Positions 1 through 10,752 are shown, numbered from the stretch's first letter. The stretch: DNA of 64,000 nt from Synechococcus sp. (GCA_047285535.1 JBJBDC010000001.1:1344136-1408135), one strand, 5' to 3'. Made by a program: numbers and translations. Notes: generated from the letters alone by a model not told the origin.

Positions 1-1355
1 ACTGATCCCATAGAAGTGGAACCATTAGAGCTCAGCACTTCGCTCACAACACGTACCACATAAGGGAAGGTGTCCTTCGCCGGAAGTACGGGAAGGATTG
101 CCCTTTCGGCCAACGCGCCATGACCAATCTCCCGGCGTCCAGGAGAGCGCAGGGGACGCGTCTCTCCAACGGAATAAGCCGGGAAATTGTAGTGATGCAG
201 GTAGGTTTTTTCGTTGCTGGGGTTGAGATCATCCATCTCTTGGGCATCACTCGGCGTGCCGAGAGTGGCCGTCGACAACACCTGGGTTAATCCGCGTTGA
301 AACAAGCCTGAGCCGTGCACTCGTTTTGGAAGCACACCAGCAGCTGCACTGATCACTCGAACCTGATCAAGGTTGCGACCGTCGACCCTTTTCCCATCCT
401 TAAGAATCTGCTGACGCATCAAGGTTTTAGTCAGCGCCTTAAAACTGTTAGGAAGGGCCTTGCTGTTTGCACTGACCGCAAGACGGACAGGATCAGATTC
501 CTTCAACGCCTGAATGGCCTCCGCTGTCGTGTTGCGGATTGCATCCAACTTGTCGTCTCGCTCACCCTTCGTTTGCTCGAACTGACCAAGGACCTCACCA
601 ATCTTCTTGCTACAGGATTTCTCGAGGTACACAGGCAAAGTTTTGTCTTGCTCAGGCTCCTCAGGGATGACTTGTTCAATCCCAGCATCCTTAAGGATGG
701 ATTCTTGGGCTTTGATTAACTCAGAAACCGCTTCATATCCAAAGTCAATCGCTTCGATGACATCTCCTTCAGGAAGCTGATTGGCTCCCGCTTCAACCAT
801 GACGACACCTTGCGGAGTTCCGGCGACGACAAGGTCAAGATCACCACGCTCAATTTCCCGGTAGCTGGGATTGAGGACAAAGTCATCACCCAACAGTCCG
901 ACGCGCACAGCTGCCATCGGCCCATAGAAGGGAATCTTCGCAAGGAGAGTGGCCATAGATGCGCCTGTTATGGCAAGCACATCAGCGGGGACTCTTTCAT
1001 CAAGCGACATGCAAGTCGCAACAATCTGCAAATCGTCTCGGAGCCAGCTCGGAAACAGCGGACGCATTGGCCTATCAATGAGACGGCATATCAGCGTTGC
1101 GCGTTCGGGAGGACGTCCTTCTCGGCGAAGGAAGCTTCCTGGAATTCTCCCTGCGGCGTAGAGGCGCTCTTCGTAATCACAGATCAGTGGAAGAAAGTCA
1201 ACGCCATCTCGACCTGTGGAACGGGTTGCAGTGACCAATACGGAGGTGTCTCCGCACTCAATCATCACCGAGCCGCCGGCTTGGGGGGCATAACGCCCTG
1301 TAGTCAGTCGAATCTCCCGACCGTCAAAGGAGATCGACTGCGTCTGACCTTGCAC
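1..1355 (-). CDS. pnp: Polyribonucleotide nucleotidyltransferase (PNPase), 5' part; runs off the left edge
   Basis: Not in ORF track. Manual translation from GTG at 1355 gives [30 protein letters not shown]...[30 protein letters not shown]...[12 protein letters not shown], the RNase PH domain 1 signature of PNPase. Confidence 0.96.
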   Translation of the reverse strand, partial: MQGQTQSISFDGREIRLTTGRYAPQAGGSVMIECGDTSVLVTATRSTGRDGVDFLPLICDYEERLYAAGRIPGSFLRREGRPPERATLICRLIDRPMRPLFPSWLRDDLQIVATCMSLDERVPADVLAITGASMATLLAKIPFYGPMAAVRVGLLGDDFVLNPSYREIERGDLDLVVAGTPQGVVMVEAGANQLPEGDVIEAIDFGYEAVSELIKAQESILKDAGIEQVIPEEPEQDKTLPVYLEKSCSKKIGEVLGQFEQTKGERDDKLDAIRNTTAEAIQALKESDPVRLAVSANSKALPNSFKALTKTLMRQQILKDGKRVDGRNLDQVRVISAAAGVLPKRVHGSGLFQRGLTQVLSTATLGTPSDAQEMDDLNPSNEKTYLHHYNFPAYSVGETRPLRSPGRREIGHGALAERAILPVLPAKDTFPYVVRVVSEVLSSNGSTSMGS

Positions 1356-1456
1356 GTTGGTTTATGTCTTTCTATCAACCATGATTCTTACATTTTGGGG
1401 GGCCGTTGTCGGCATCATCGGGTGTGATACAAAAAATACTGATGATGCATGGCCAT

Positions 1457-1481
1457 AAAAAAAGAGGTGAATCCTCACCTC
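1457..1481 (-). terminator. Intrinsic terminator downstream of rpsN
   Basis: Perfect 7-bp stem GAGGTGA/TCACCTC, 4-nt loop, A7 run on + strand (U-tract on - strand). Confidence 0.8.
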
Positions 1482-1515
1482 ATGATTCGTGGAGTCGGAT
1501 CAAAAGTTCGTGCCG

Positions 1516-1818
1516 CTACCAGCTGGACTTGACCACACCGGGAAGTTCACCTTTGTGGGCACGTTCGCGAAGCTGATTGCGACATAAGCCGAAGGCGCGA
1601 TAAACGCCACGGGGCTTACCCGTTGCCCAACAGCGATTACGAACCCGATTTGGGGCACTGTTACGAGGCAAATCTTGAATCTTGCGATGGATCTCCAATC
1701 GCTCCATCGGATCCTTTGCTGAATGGAACGCTGCCATTAAGGCCTTGCGCTTCGCCGAAAAGCGTTCAACCATCTTTTTCCGCTTCACATCACGGGCAAT
1801 CATTGACTTCTTAGCCAT
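1516..1818 (-). CDS. rpsN: 30S ribosomal protein S14 (long, non-zinc type)
   Basis: [13 protein letters not shown]...[39 protein letters not shown]. Confidence 0.98.
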   Translation of the reverse strand: MAKKSMIARDVKRKKMVERFSAKRKALMAAFHSAKDPMERLEIHRKIQDLPRNSAPNRVRNRCWATGKPRGVYRAFGLCRNQLRERAHKGELPGVVKSSW

Positions 1819-1859
1819 TCAGCGAGCGGATTAGACGAGTTGATGGCCATCCTATCGGT

Positions 1860-2942
1860 TCATTGACCAAGGAAGCGCTGAATCACCGCGAGTTGACTTG
1901 TATCCCGAACGATGAGAAGAACACTCAATCCCACCACCAGCAAAAAGCTGGATTGCATCACGATCAACTGAAAGCGTTCTGGCATTGGCCGTCCGCGAAT
2001 CCCCTCAAGGAGAATCATCACCAACTGCCCTCCATCAAGAAGAGGTAATGGGAGCGCATTGAGAACGGCAAGGTTGATAGAGATCAAGGCCATGAAGAGG
2101 GCGAGACCATTGCCTCCCTGACTGGAGAGCTGCGCGCCCATCTCAACAATCTTGACCGGACCACTCACCTGCTGGGCTGTTGTTCCGAAATCGGTGAACA
2201 GAGCCCCATAACCAGACACAGTGCGTTGAAGCAACCCACTGAATTGCTGCGATCCACTCCCTATCGCTTCAGCCAAGCCATGAACAGCTCGAGTATTTCC
2301 ACTGAAATTGGCTTGAAGCTGAGCACCAATTCGCCCCTGCCCTTGATGATCTTCTGGAGTGAGCTCGATCATGCGAACCAATCCATTTCTCTGGACTTCT
2401 AAAGACAGGGGATGCGATGGGCTATCACGCACCGGAGTCACGGCCTGTTTCACGGCGTTCTCTCCACGCCCCAGGGACAACCCTTCAATTTTCAGGATTT
2501 GATCACCAGGTCTCAAGCCGGCGTTCTCGGCTGGTTCACCCTGCTGAACTGCCATCACCATGACGCCGGGCTCTGGGTCACCTGGAACACCGACAAAAGC
2601 CGTATGCCCTACTAAGACCAACCAAGCGAGAAGCAAATTTGCAAGGACCCCTGCGCTGATCACCAAAGCTCTCTGAGGGATCGGACGATTACGAAGAAGA
2701 TCAGGGTCATCTGCCGGAATGAGACTGTCTTGATCATCATCAGGAAACGAAACGAATCCCCCAAAAGGAAGAATCCGCAAGGCGTAGGTCACTCCTCCCC
2801 GTTCCAGTTTCCAAATGGAGGGTCCAAATCCAATGGAAAATCCATTGACGCGTATTCCCTGACATCTGGCCGCCAGAAAGTGACCAGCCTCGTGGATCAC
2901 GATCAGCAGCCCCAGGACCAAGAGTGCTGCCAGAACGTTCAT
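1860..2942 (-). CDS. rseP: RIP metalloprotease RseP (M50, PDZ)
   Basis: HEAGH zinc motif, central PDZ (GLRPGDQI), NALPLPLLDGG motif. Confidence 0.95.
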   Translation of the reverse strand: MNVLAALLVLGLLIVIHEAGHFLAARCQGIRVNGFSIGFGPSIWKLERGGVTYALRILPFGGFVSFPDDDQDSLIPADDPDLLRNRPIPQRALVISAGVLANLLLAWLVLVGHTAFVGVPGDPEPGVMVMAVQQGEPAENAGLRPGDQILKIEGLSLGRGENAVKQAVTPVRDSPSHPLSLEVQRNGLVRMIELTPEDHQGQGRIGAQLQANFSGNTRAVHGLAEAIGSGSQQFSGLLQRTVSGYGALFTDFGTTAQQVSGPVKIVEMGAQLSSQGGNGLALFMALISINLAVLNALPLPLLDGGQLVMILLEGIRGRPMPERFQLIVMQSSFLLVVGLSVLLIVRDTSQLAVIQRFLGQ

Positions 2943-2961
2943 GCCGAGTCCTTTAATCCCT

Positions 2962-4239
2962 TCATTCTGACTGGAGACGATCGCTGCCGAAGTAAGGAAC
3001 CAAAGCCTTGGGTAGCCTCACGCTCCCGTCAGACTGCTGCCCATTCTCCAGCAAAGCGGCCATCGTGCGACCGATCGCCAGACCACTCCCATTGAGAGTG
3101 TGAACCAACCGAGTCGTATTGCCCTCTTTCGTGCGAATAGAAGAGCGGCGGGCCTGGAAATCTGAGCAAACACTACAACTGGAGATTTCCCTGTAAGCAC
3201 CTGCTCCTGCCAACCAGACCTCGAGGTCATAGGTCCTGGCAGCTGAGAAGCCAAGATCACCTGTGCAAAGCTCCAAGACTCGATAAGGCAGCTCCAGGGC
3301 TTGAAGCACGGCTTCAGCATCGGCCGTGATCTGAACAAAGGCTTCCTTCGAGCGATCTGGATGCACAAACCAATAGAGCTCAACCTTGTTGAACTGGTGC
3401 AGACGAATGAGGCCCCGCGTATCTCGTCCATAGCTGCCTGCCTCCCGCCGAAAACAAGGGCTGTAGGCCACGTAGCGAAGTGGCAATTCATCAGCTGGGA
3501 TGATTTCGTCGCGATGCAGGGAGGTAAGAGGGACTTCAGCAGTTGGCGTCATCCAAAGGTCATCGTCCGCGCAGCGGAAGCTTTCCTCAGCAAATTTAGG
3601 GAGTTGACCTGATCCCATCAAACTTGCACTGTTGACTAGAGCCGGAGGGAGAACTTCGCGGTATCCCTTGCCTGTATGAAGATCGAGCATGAAATTAATC
3701 AGCGCTCGTTCCAACCGCGCACCTTGTCCAAACAACGTGACAAAGCGGCTCTGGGCAATTCTCACTGAACGTTCCGTATCAAGCAAACACAACCGTTCAG
3801 CGATTTGCCAATGCTCCAAGAGTCCGTCTTGGACAAGGGGGTCACCCCAGCGACGAATTTCTACGTTGTCCGATTCGTTTCGGCCATCCGGACAAACATC
3901 TGATGGCAAGTTGGGATAGCTGAGAAGCTCGTCACGCAGACGAGTGGTCAGTTGCTTCTCCTCATCCTCGAGAACAGCAACCTTTTGCTTGATCTGATTG
4001 CCTTGCTGACGAAGCTCAGCAACTTCAGAGCCCTTTGGATCGGCCCCACCTTGAATCAACTGACCAACCTGCTTCCCGATGCGATTGCCTTCGGCTTGCA
4101 TGCTGCTTCGACGTTCCTCTAGGTCGCGTTGTGCTTGAGCAATTAGTTGGAGACCAGTGAGATCAACATCAATCCCCCGTCGAAGCAGCTCACGGGAAAT
4201 CATTTGGGGATTGTCACGCACCAGGCGCTGGTCAAGCAC
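2962..4239 (-). CDS. serS: Serine--tRNA ligase
   Basis: N-terminal coiled coil, PTAEVPL, FRREAGSYGRDTRGLIRLHQFNKVE, HTLNGSGLA. Confidence 0.98.
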   Translation of the reverse strand: MLDQRLVRDNPQMISRELLRRGIDVDLTGLQLIAQAQRDLEERRSSMQAEGNRIGKQVGQLIQGGADPKGSEVAELRQQGNQIKQKVAVLEDEEKQLTTRLRDELLSYPNLPSDVCPDGRNESDNVEIRRWGDPLVQDGLLEHWQIAERLCLLDTERSVRIAQSRFVTLFGQGARLERALINFMLDLHTGKGYREVLPPALVNSASLMGSGQLPKFAEESFRCADDDLWMTPTAEVPLTSLHRDEIIPADELPLRYVAYSPCFRREAGSYGRDTRGLIRLHQFNKVELYWFVHPDRSKEAFVQITADAEAVLQALELPYRVLELCTGDLGFSAARTYDLEVWLAGAGAYREISSCSVCSDFQARRSSIRTKEGNTTRLVHTLNGSGLAIGRTMAALLENGQQSDGSVRLPKALVPYFGSDRLQSE

Positions 4240-4301
4240 GGCGTTTATTAAGGGGAGCTGCGCAGCCTACGTGTCGATTCAAAACGAGAGTTGAATTGCC
4301 T

Positions 4302-4463
4302 TTAAATAACTTGGCCAACCATCACTGCTGCCACAGCAGAGAACAATGTGATGCCAAGCGCGGTAACAGGGCTCTGCCCCTGGACAACCGCAACTGTTGT
4401 GATCACACCTGCTCCAAGACATGCCGCAGCGAGTTGAGTGGTGAGATCAGAAGAACGATTCAC
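4302..4463 (-). CDS. Small hypothetical membrane protein (53 aa)
   Basis: Below ORF-track cutoff. GTG..TAA; MNRSSDLTTQLAAACLGAGVITTVAVVQGQSPVTALGITLFSAVAAVMVGQVI; two hydrophobic segments; same strand as its neighbours. Confidence 0.7.
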   Translation of the reverse strand: MNRSSDLTTQLAAACLGAGVITTVAVVQGQSPVTALGITLFSAVAAVMVGQVI

Positions 4464-4533
4464 AAACAAGTTGACGTGATTCAGGAAACATAAGGAGGTA
4501 GCAAACGATGGCCTGAACCACAGAACTGATTTG

Positions 4534-6033
4534 TTACGCCCTGTCAGGGTTCGTTACTACTCGCAATGAAGCAGGTCGTGCTCTGCCGCTGCTAGCCCAT
4601 TGTTTGAGGCTTTCCAGTTGTTCTTTAGCGGTGCGTGAAAGGGGAACCAACTGAGCTGCCGCTTGAATGAGGTCGGACTCAGCCAATTCGCGACCCTCGG
4701 CGAAGGCAAGGTGCATCGCTTCGATCACTGTTTGCTCTAGCTCAGCTCCGGAGTAGCCATCCGTACGGTCGATCACGGTATTCACGGGAAGGGTGAGACC
4801 CGGACGTCTGCGACTGATATGCAATTCCATGATGCTTTGACGCTCAGATCGCGCTGGCATGTCAAGCAAAAAGATCTCATCAAAGCGGCCCTTTCTTAAG
4901 AGTTCAGCGGGCAGGCGATCAACGCCATTCGCCGTAGCCACAACGAAAACAGGAGACGTTTTCTCTGCCATCCAGGTCAGAACCGTGGCTAAGACCCTCT
5001 GACTGGTTCCGCCATCACTACGGCCATCACTGCCAAAACCCTTATCGATCTCATCGATCCAAAGCACGCAGGGAGCCATCGCTTCAGCGCGTTGAATCAT
5101 TTCACGCGTGCGTGCTTCGCTAGCTCCCACGAGGCCAGCAAATAGCCGTCCCACATCCAAACGCAGGAGTGGCATCGACCAACTGTGAGCAATGACCCGT
5201 GCCGTTAGAGATTTGCCAGTCCCCTGCGGCCCCACCAAAAGCACGCCTCTAGGGAGAGGCAAGCCAAATCTTCGAGCTTCGTCACTAAAGGCACGGTGAC
5301 GCTGTTCTAACCATTGCTTGAGAGCCTCTAGGCCACCGATATCCGCGGGCGTGGCCTCTGTCCGACAGAACTCCAATACCTCACTACGAGCAAGGGCTAA
5401 ACGCTTCTCCTCCAGAACATCAGCCAGATCTTCACGACCGAGCTCGCCGCGCTGGGCTAGCGCCTTCGCAGCCACATGACGTACTCGTGATTCGCTCAGT
5501 CCGCAACAAGCATGCGTTAGCTCCTCAAGCACCTCGCTGTTGAGGGGAGAGCCTGCTGCCTTGGAGATATTCCCAAGCAGGGTCATCAGCTCCTCTTCTT
5601 GCGGAAGTGGCAAGTCGAGCAGGGTGAGGGCCTCTTCTAAATCTGGCGGTGGCGTCCAGCTACCACAGCCAAGAACGAGCGTATGAGCGTGCCCCCTCAA
5701 CTGGCTTGTGAGATTGCGAAGCATGCGTGCGATACCCGGGTCATCGCAGAAGCGGTGAACGTCTTTGAGGAGAAGCAGAGTCGGACTATTGCTATCCAGA
5801 TCCTGTAACCACTGCAAAACCACCATGGGCTGACGAGCTCCGAGTCCTTCACTGCCAAGAACACCAGAAAGGCCACTCACGAAATCCCAGGATGCAAGTC
5901 GACGGCCTGATAATCGTTCGGCCGCTTGACTCAAGAGGGATTCAACGCGTTCCTCCTCATGGCTTCGAATCCAGATCAGAGGGGTACCAGCGCGAATCAA
6001 CAGATCGAGTTGTTGCGCCCACTGTTCAGACAC
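4534..6033 (-). CDS. ycf46: Ycf46-family AAA+ ATPase
   Basis: Walker A GPQGTGKS, Walker B LWIDEIDK, ELLRKGRFDE; N-terminus LLIRAGTPLIWIRSHEEER. GTG at 6033 preferred over the track start 6168, which overlaps yceD. Confidence 0.88.
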   Translation of the reverse strand: MSEQWAQQLDLLIRAGTPLIWIRSHEEERVESLLSQAAERLSGRRLASWDFVSGLSGVLGSEGLGARQPMVVLQWLQDLDSNSPTLLLLKDVHRFCDDPGIARMLRNLTSQLRGHAHTLVLGCGSWTPPPDLEEALTLLDLPLPQEEELMTLLGNISKAAGSPLNSEVLEELTHACCGLSESRVRHVAAKALAQRGELGREDLADVLEEKRLALARSEVLEFCRTEATPADIGGLEALKQWLEQRHRAFSDEARRFGLPLPRGVLLVGPQGTGKSLTARVIAHSWSMPLLRLDVGRLFAGLVGASEARTREMIQRAEAMAPCVLWIDEIDKGFGSDGRSDGGTSQRVLATVLTWMAEKTSPVFVVATANGVDRLPAELLRKGRFDEIFLLDMPARSERQSIMELHISRRRPGLTLPVNTVIDRTDGYSGAELEQTVIEAMHLAFAEGRELAESDLIQAAAQLVPLSRTAKEQLESLKQWASSGRARPASLRVVTNPDRA

Positions 6034-6043
6034 TGTCCACCAC

Positions 6044-6577
6044 CTACGTCTCTCCTGAATCAGAGCGCAAGGGCAGTAGAGCCTCCCAACGCGGATCCGT
6101 ATCTGGCAACGCTGAAAGAGAGGCCTCTTGGTTAGCCGGCTGAGGCATGCCAGGGCAACCATCGCCACAGGTGTTGACTGCTGGCAACTGAAGACTTAAT
6201 TGTTCGAAAACCCATCGTTCTGGCTCGAAACTCCCTTTGGGATCTAGGCAATCCACAAGCCCATCGACTCCTAAGGGATCAATCCCCTCTTCAGCCATAG
6301 CAACGGAAGCTTCCATGTCGCCGAGCCAGATCAACTCATTCTCAAGGGTGGAAAGTGTCTGATTAAACTGATTAAGACAGCGATCACAGCAAAGACAAAC
6401 AATGGTGTTCGCCATCCCCTTCACTTCAAGAATGTTCCCTCGGTGCTCAGCATGAATGGTTCCGCGAACCGGTGTGAGAGTCTTTAATTCATCAAGATAG
6501 CCCTCAAATTCCCAATCACGAACGGAACCAAGCGCTTGCAGCTCGAGAAGTGGAACGGGCTCAAGCCCAGGAATCAT
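6044..6577 (-). CDS. YceD/DUF177 family protein
   Basis: CDRCL and C-x3-CPG cysteine motifs, C-terminal DPRWEAL. Confidence 0.88.
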   Translation of the reverse strand: MIPGLEPVPLLELQALGSVRDWEFEGYLDELKTLTPVRGTIHAEHRGNILEVKGMANTIVCLCCDRCLNQFNQTLSTLENELIWLGDMEASVAMAEEGIDPLGVDGLVDCLDPKGSFEPERWVFEQLSLQLPAVNTCGDGCPGMPQPANQEASLSALPDTDPRWEALLPLRSDSGET

Positions 6578-7725
6578 TTGTTTCCACCTTTGGGTTCAAA
6601 AGGCATGCGCCCTGAGGACGATCCACCACCTGCGGAGGCTGAAGCAGGAGTCTGAGACTTCTGAAGAAGCTGGTTGTCAAGAATGGATTGGAGGTTGTCT
6701 GGGAGGGCCTCGCGAGTCAAAAGAAAAGTTTGAAAGGCCTGGAAGATATTGGCGATCACCATGTAAAGCAACACACCGGCAGGCAGCGGGAAGAATAAGA
6801 ACATCCCTGTGATCATCAGTGGAGTGATCTTATTTGCGGTGGACTGCTGAGGATTCACAGGCATGCCCATCCCAGACAGAAGCTGCGAGACAAACAAGCT
6901 CAAACCAAAAGCACCGACCAGAATCGCAATATCCCAATTGATCGCTCCCTCTGTGTAGAAGCCAACTTGGCCAAGAGCTTTGATAAACAAAAATCCACTG
7001 CGTGCAGCCAGGCCAGGGATCTTTCCCTCCACGGTTGCATCACCGGTCGTCAGAGCCTCAATCTTGCCGTTCGGACTCACTTTGACGACACCCTCACCTT
7101 TAGTGACTGTCCAAGCCGGGAGGAAGCGTTCTCCGTTATCAACTCCAGAAATTACATCACGGAAACTCTGTCCGCTGCGTGTCTCAAGCTGAATCGCCAC
7201 AGAGTCTCCTGTTCCGAGTTTCGATCCACCAGGAAGGCTTGCGACAACAGGCACATGGTTTGTTTCCGTAATAAAAATTGAGTGGCTAGCACTCGTGAAA
7301 GGCTTGGGCTCAACAGCTGCTATTTGATCTGCAGGCAACACTTTGAGATTGAGCGTGTAGGGCACATCAGCGAAGGGTGAACCCCGCAATGTTGCAAATA
7401 ACGCGAACAGAATTGGCATTTGGACCAGTAGGGGCAGGCAACCAGCCAATGGACTACCGAACTCCTTCATCAACTTCCCCAGTTCAGCTTGCTGTTTTTG
7501 GGGATCGCTTGCATAGCGAGCTTTGATTTCCGCCTGACGTTTCTGCATGACGGGCTGTGCAATGCGCATGCGCCTCGCACTTCGAATGGATCCGGCACTG
7601 AGCGGAAACAACGCCAGGCGGATCACCACCGTGAGGGCCACGATTGCGAGGCCATAGCTAGGGACCAATCCATAGAAAAAATCCAGGATTGGAAGCAACA
7701 GATTGTCGGAGATGTACCCGATCAC
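6574..7725 (-). CDS. yidC: Membrane protein insertase YidC
   Basis: [41 protein letters not shown] motifs. Confidence 0.96.
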   Translation of the reverse strand: MIGYISDNLLLPILDFFYGLVPSYGLAIVALTVVIRLALFPLSAGSIRSARRMRIAQPVMQKRQAEIKARYASDPQKQQAELGKLMKEFGSPLAGCLPLLVQMPILFALFATLRGSPFADVPYTLNLKVLPADQIAAVEPKPFTSASHSIFITETNHVPVVASLPGGSKLGTGDSVAIQLETRSGQSFRDVISGVDNGERFLPAWTVTKGEGVVKVSPNGKIEALTTGDATVEGKIPGLAARSGFLFIKALGQVGFYTEGAINWDIAILVGAFGLSLFVSQLLSGMGMPVNPQQSTANKITPLMITGMFLFFPLPAGVLLYMVIANIFQAFQTFLLTREALPDNLQSILDNQLLQKSQTPASASAGGGSSSGRMPFEPKGGNK

Positions 7726-7815
7726 GATGATGTTCCGAGTGATTGATGAATGTTGTTGCCAGTGTGCAACAGCACAGGGGCTTCTGCGGAAATTCGCTTA
7801 GAGAAGATCAAGGGT

Positions 7816-8232
7816 TCAGGCGGCGAAGCCTTTGCTTGCAACTGACTTCGAACCGGAGCTTTCCCGCCCCGTAGGGATGCGCTCCTCGATAAAAGCCTGA
7901 ATCTCTCGGAAACGCGGTACAGAGCGAAGTTCCAAGCGTGATCCATCTGTCAGGACAAGAACCATATCGCCCCAGGCGCCGAATCCACGAGAGACACTTC
8001 GGACCTCCCGCACCTGACTGAACACCACCTGACTGCGATCTCTTCCCATCCAGCCACCAGTAACGGAAATACGCCGACTAGTGATGTTGAAGCGCAACCA
8101 AACGGCACGAACAATCGCTCCGACCGCAAAGGGCAATCCAATCAAGGTCAGTCCCAGCAACAAGTTGAAAATCAAGTCACCCCGAGCTGGGCCACCCTCG
8201 TAGAAGGTTTCTTCATGAATAGGAGTTGGCAT
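7816..8232 (-). CDS. Bacterial PH-domain membrane protein
   Basis: EETFYEGGP..GDL, TM segment, ITSRRISVTGG..GDMVL; usual cyanobacterial position between rnpA and yidC; ATG at 8232 chosen. Confidence 0.8.
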   Translation of the reverse strand: MPTPIHEETFYEGGPARGDLIFNLLLGLTLIGLPFAVGAIVRAVWLRFNITSRRISVTGGWMGRDRSQVVFSQVREVRSVSRGFGAWGDMVLVLTDGSRLELRSVPRFREIQAFIEERIPTGRESSGSKSVASKGFAA

Positions 8233-8234
8233 CG

Positions 8235-8624
8235 TTAATACCCAGCTTGATGGAGCAATCTGTCGCATTCTTCCAGGACTCGGGCTTTTGAGGCCTCCGC
8301 ACCGGGTTTAAGGCTGATCAAAACCCATGTGTTTGCGTGCTGGAAAGACTGCTCAAAGTGTCGACGCAAATGGTCGTGGAGGCAGCGTCTGAGCTGATTA
8401 CGGATCACAGCCCGCTTGCTGACTTTGCCACTAATCACAACGGCACAACGGCAAACGGCAAATTCGCTCTGATTGTCAGTAGGGCGGCAATCCGAACGCA
8501 AAAGTTGCGGCATCGCCGCGGCTTTACGCAAGGTCATCAATGTTCCGTGGAAGCGCTGTCCTTTGCGATGCAAATAATGAAAACAGCGGTGACCCCGCAA
8601 TCTCATCGCAGTAGGAAGAACCAT
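8235..8624 (-). CDS. rnpA: Ribonuclease P protein component
   Basis: MVLP..RL N-terminus, SGKVSKRAVIRNQLRR (RNR motif); follows rpmH. Confidence 0.93.
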   Translation of the reverse strand: MVLPTAMRLRGHRCFHYLHRKGQRFHGTLMTLRKAAAMPQLLRSDCRPTDNQSEFAVCRCAVVISGKVSKRAVIRNQLRRCLHDHLRRHFEQSFQHANTWVLISLKPGAEASKARVLEECDRLLHQAGY

Positions 8625-8676
8625 CGAAATTCATCCAGGGATCGAGCCAAAGCGAATCAGTTGTGACTGAACACAC

Positions 8677-8814
8677 TCAGGAGGCAAGACGAGCACGTCC
8701 TCTTTTTCGACGTGATCGAATCACGCGGCGTCCTGTGTGAGATCGCATGCGCACACGAAAACCAGAAACGCGCTTGCGTTTACGGCTTGTGCCACCAAGA
8801 GTTCTTTTTGTCAT
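8677..8814 (-). CDS. rpmH: 50S ribosomal protein L34
   Basis: Not in ORF track; manual translation [45 protein letters not shown]. Confidence 0.98.
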   Translation of the reverse strand: MTKRTLGGTSRKRKRVSGFRVRMRSHTGRRVIRSRRKRGRARLAS

Positions 8815-8869
8815 GGATTTACTAGGGCGCCCAGCCTTTATTCAGAGTGACGAGTTTATCAGCCAATGC

Positions 8870-9460
8870 TTAATCGATACTGAAGTTCCAGGTGCCTAAG
8901 TAGCCAGCCACTGGAACATCTCCAGGAGCCTGTGCCAGGGCATTGAACATAAACATTCCACCTTGACTGGGATTGAAGATCGTCATGGAAACGGCATAGG
9001 TGTCTTCCGTTGGGATGGGTGTTTCTGGAAAAACCTCGATGACCCTTTGATTCTCACTGACCTCAAAAACGGCGGGAATGACTTCTTCACAACGGCTTCT
9101 CGCCAGCATTCCACCCTTCTTCATTTTGCAGAGTTTCAACTTATTGGGGCGGATTTTGGCGTTGAAATGCTTAGGGATTTCAATACTCAATTTCAAGATT
9201 GCGGTTTTGCGATCTTTAGGACGGATCATGAAAAAGTATTCAGCCCGCTCGCGTCGTCGATCGCTGGTTTGTACGTAATAAAGCTTTCTGTAGGCTTGAT
9301 CCTGGTCCCATCGAAACTCCAGCAAAGCAGGAGTGTTCTGAGCCTGAACAGCCACTGGTCGAGACATCTCGATGACAGAGGCAGAGCCAATCACTCCACA
9401 ACCGATGAGCCCCGCAGTAAAAGCTAGGCGGCGAATCGGGGTCTTAGGCAGGAGGTTCAT
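8870..9460 (-). CDS. DUF2808-family exported protein
   Basis: Signal-peptide-like N-terminus; VIEVFPETPIP, NPSQGGMFMFN, GYLGTW motifs. Confidence 0.7.
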   Translation of the reverse strand: MNLLPKTPIRRLAFTAGLIGCGVIGSASVIEMSRPVAVQAQNTPALLEFRWDQDQAYRKLYYVQTSDRRRERAEYFFMIRPKDRKTAILKLSIEIPKHFNAKIRPNKLKLCKMKKGGMLARSRCEEVIPAVFEVSENQRVIEVFPETPIPTEDTYAVSMTIFNPSQGGMFMFNALAQAPGDVPVAGYLGTWNFSID

Positions 9461-9556
9461 TGCTTGGGTTGGTGAGAACTTTCACCATCGTTAGATCTAC
9501 TGATTGTCCTAACGACATCCTGCAACAGGGAGCTGCGAGGGCCGGCGCTCCATCTG

Positions 9557-9943
9557 TCAGTTGTGACCGGATCTATCTGGCCTGAGACGACTGGCTTCTC
9601 CCAGGTAGGCATGGCGAAGGTCGTGATCATCTGGCATCCATGCATGGGCCAGAAGACGAATGCACCTCGGAAGGTCACCCTCGACAGCCATTTGCTGACA
9701 GTCGATGAGGGCCACACCATCCCAACCTTCGCGACGACGAGCGATGGCAGCCGGGAAACAAGCATCAAGATCAGTTGTCACAGAAAATGTGATTGACACG
9801 ATGCACTCAGGCTGCAATGCATTGTGCTCAACCAGGGCATCCATCAGTTCAGAGACCGCCTTCTCAATGGCAAAAACAGTATTTGCGCTGCAGGTGGTCG
9901 CACCACGTAGACCTCGCAAAACCATTCCACTGCCTAAGTTCAT
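9557..9943 (-). CDS. aroH: Chorismate mutase, AroH class
   Basis: RGLRGATT, FSVTTDLDACFPA, LPRCIR, YLGEASRLRPD; ATG at 9943 overlaps the sppA stop. Confidence 0.93.
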   Translation of the reverse strand: MNLGSGMVLRGLRGATTCSANTVFAIEKAVSELMDALVEHNALQPECIVSITFSVTTDLDACFPAAIARRREGWDGVALIDCQQMAVEGDLPRCIRLLAHAWMPDDHDLRHAYLGEASRLRPDRSGHN

Positions 9944-10752
9944 GGCCGAAACAGCCAAAGAGGTTGGCCGCTGAGCTCAAGTTCCACCATGACTAGCTCC
10001 TGAATTCGCGCAACAACCTTCGATCCCGACAACCCTTGCAACAACGTCTTACGGGGTTTGCCAAGGGTCACCACCCGACAGCGTTCCTCATCCAGATCAG
10101 CCATCTTTGCCGCAAGAACCCTTGCACATTCCTCATCTCCCAGCTCATCCACCAGGCCAAGATCCTTAGCTTGCGCACCACTGAACACGCGACCATCAGC
10201 AAACTCCCGAACGCAGTTGGCGTCGAGCTTCCGCCCCTCAGCAACGGCAGCTACAAATTGTTCATAACTGCTATCGATCAGAGCTTGCAGAAGATGACGT
10301 TCCTCTGGGCTGAGTGCACGATCAGGAGAAAGAATGTCTTTGAAGGCGCCACTTTTTACTGTTTCAAATTTAACGCCAACACGTTCAAGCAATTTGGAAA
10401 GATTGTTGCCGCGAAGAATCACACCGATAGATCCCGTAATCGTGCCTGGATTCGACACGATCGTTTCAGCGGCAACACCTACGTAAACCCCACCGGATGC
10501 TGAGATGTTTCCGAAGCTGGCGACAACGCGACAACCCTTTTCTCGCAATCTCATCAGAGCAGCGTGAATCTCCTGACTATCACCAACAGTCCCTCCAGGA
10601 CTATCAATTCTCAGCAACAATGCGGGGAACTCCCGCTCCTGCACCTCCTTCAACGCTTTCAGGACGCGGCGGCGTGTAGAGCCCGTAATTGCTCCCTCAA
10701 TGGCGATCCTCGCCATCCTTCGCCTGGATTTGCGGCGCCAGGGCCAGAGCAT
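9940..10752 (-). CDS. sppA: Signal peptide peptidase SppA (short form, S49)
   Basis: RIDSPGG, SASGGVY, TGSIGV, KSGAFKD; ATG at 10752. Confidence 0.93.
   Translation of the reverse strand: MLWPWRRKSRRRMARIAIEGAITGSTRRRVLKALKEVQEREFPALLLRIDSPGGTVGDSQEIHAALMRLREKGCRVVASFGNISASGGVYVGVAAETIVSNPGTITGSIGVILRGNNLSKLLERVGVKFETVKSGAFKDILSPDRALSPEERHLLQALIDSSYEQFVAAVAEGRKLDANCVREFADGRVFSGAQAKDLGLVDELGDEECARVLAAKMADLDEERCRVVTLGKPRKTLLQGLSGSKVVARIQELVMVELELSGQPLWLFRP

Noticed and set aside
315..1427. + strand ORFs of 134 and 205 aa
   Set aside because: Antisense shadows of pnp with no recognisable motifs
1424..1440. Possible NtcA site upstream of pnp
   Set aside because: Reads GTA-N8-ATC rather than GTA-N8-TAC; too weak
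4296..4493. Cys-rich 65-aa + strand ORF (metallothionein-like?)
   Set aside because: It is the antisense of the 53-aa membrane ORF; the Cys/His codons arise as complements of Ala/Thr/Val codons
7751..7774. Hairpin upstream of yidC
   Set aside because: Has a mismatch on the transcribed strand and no U-tract; could be chance
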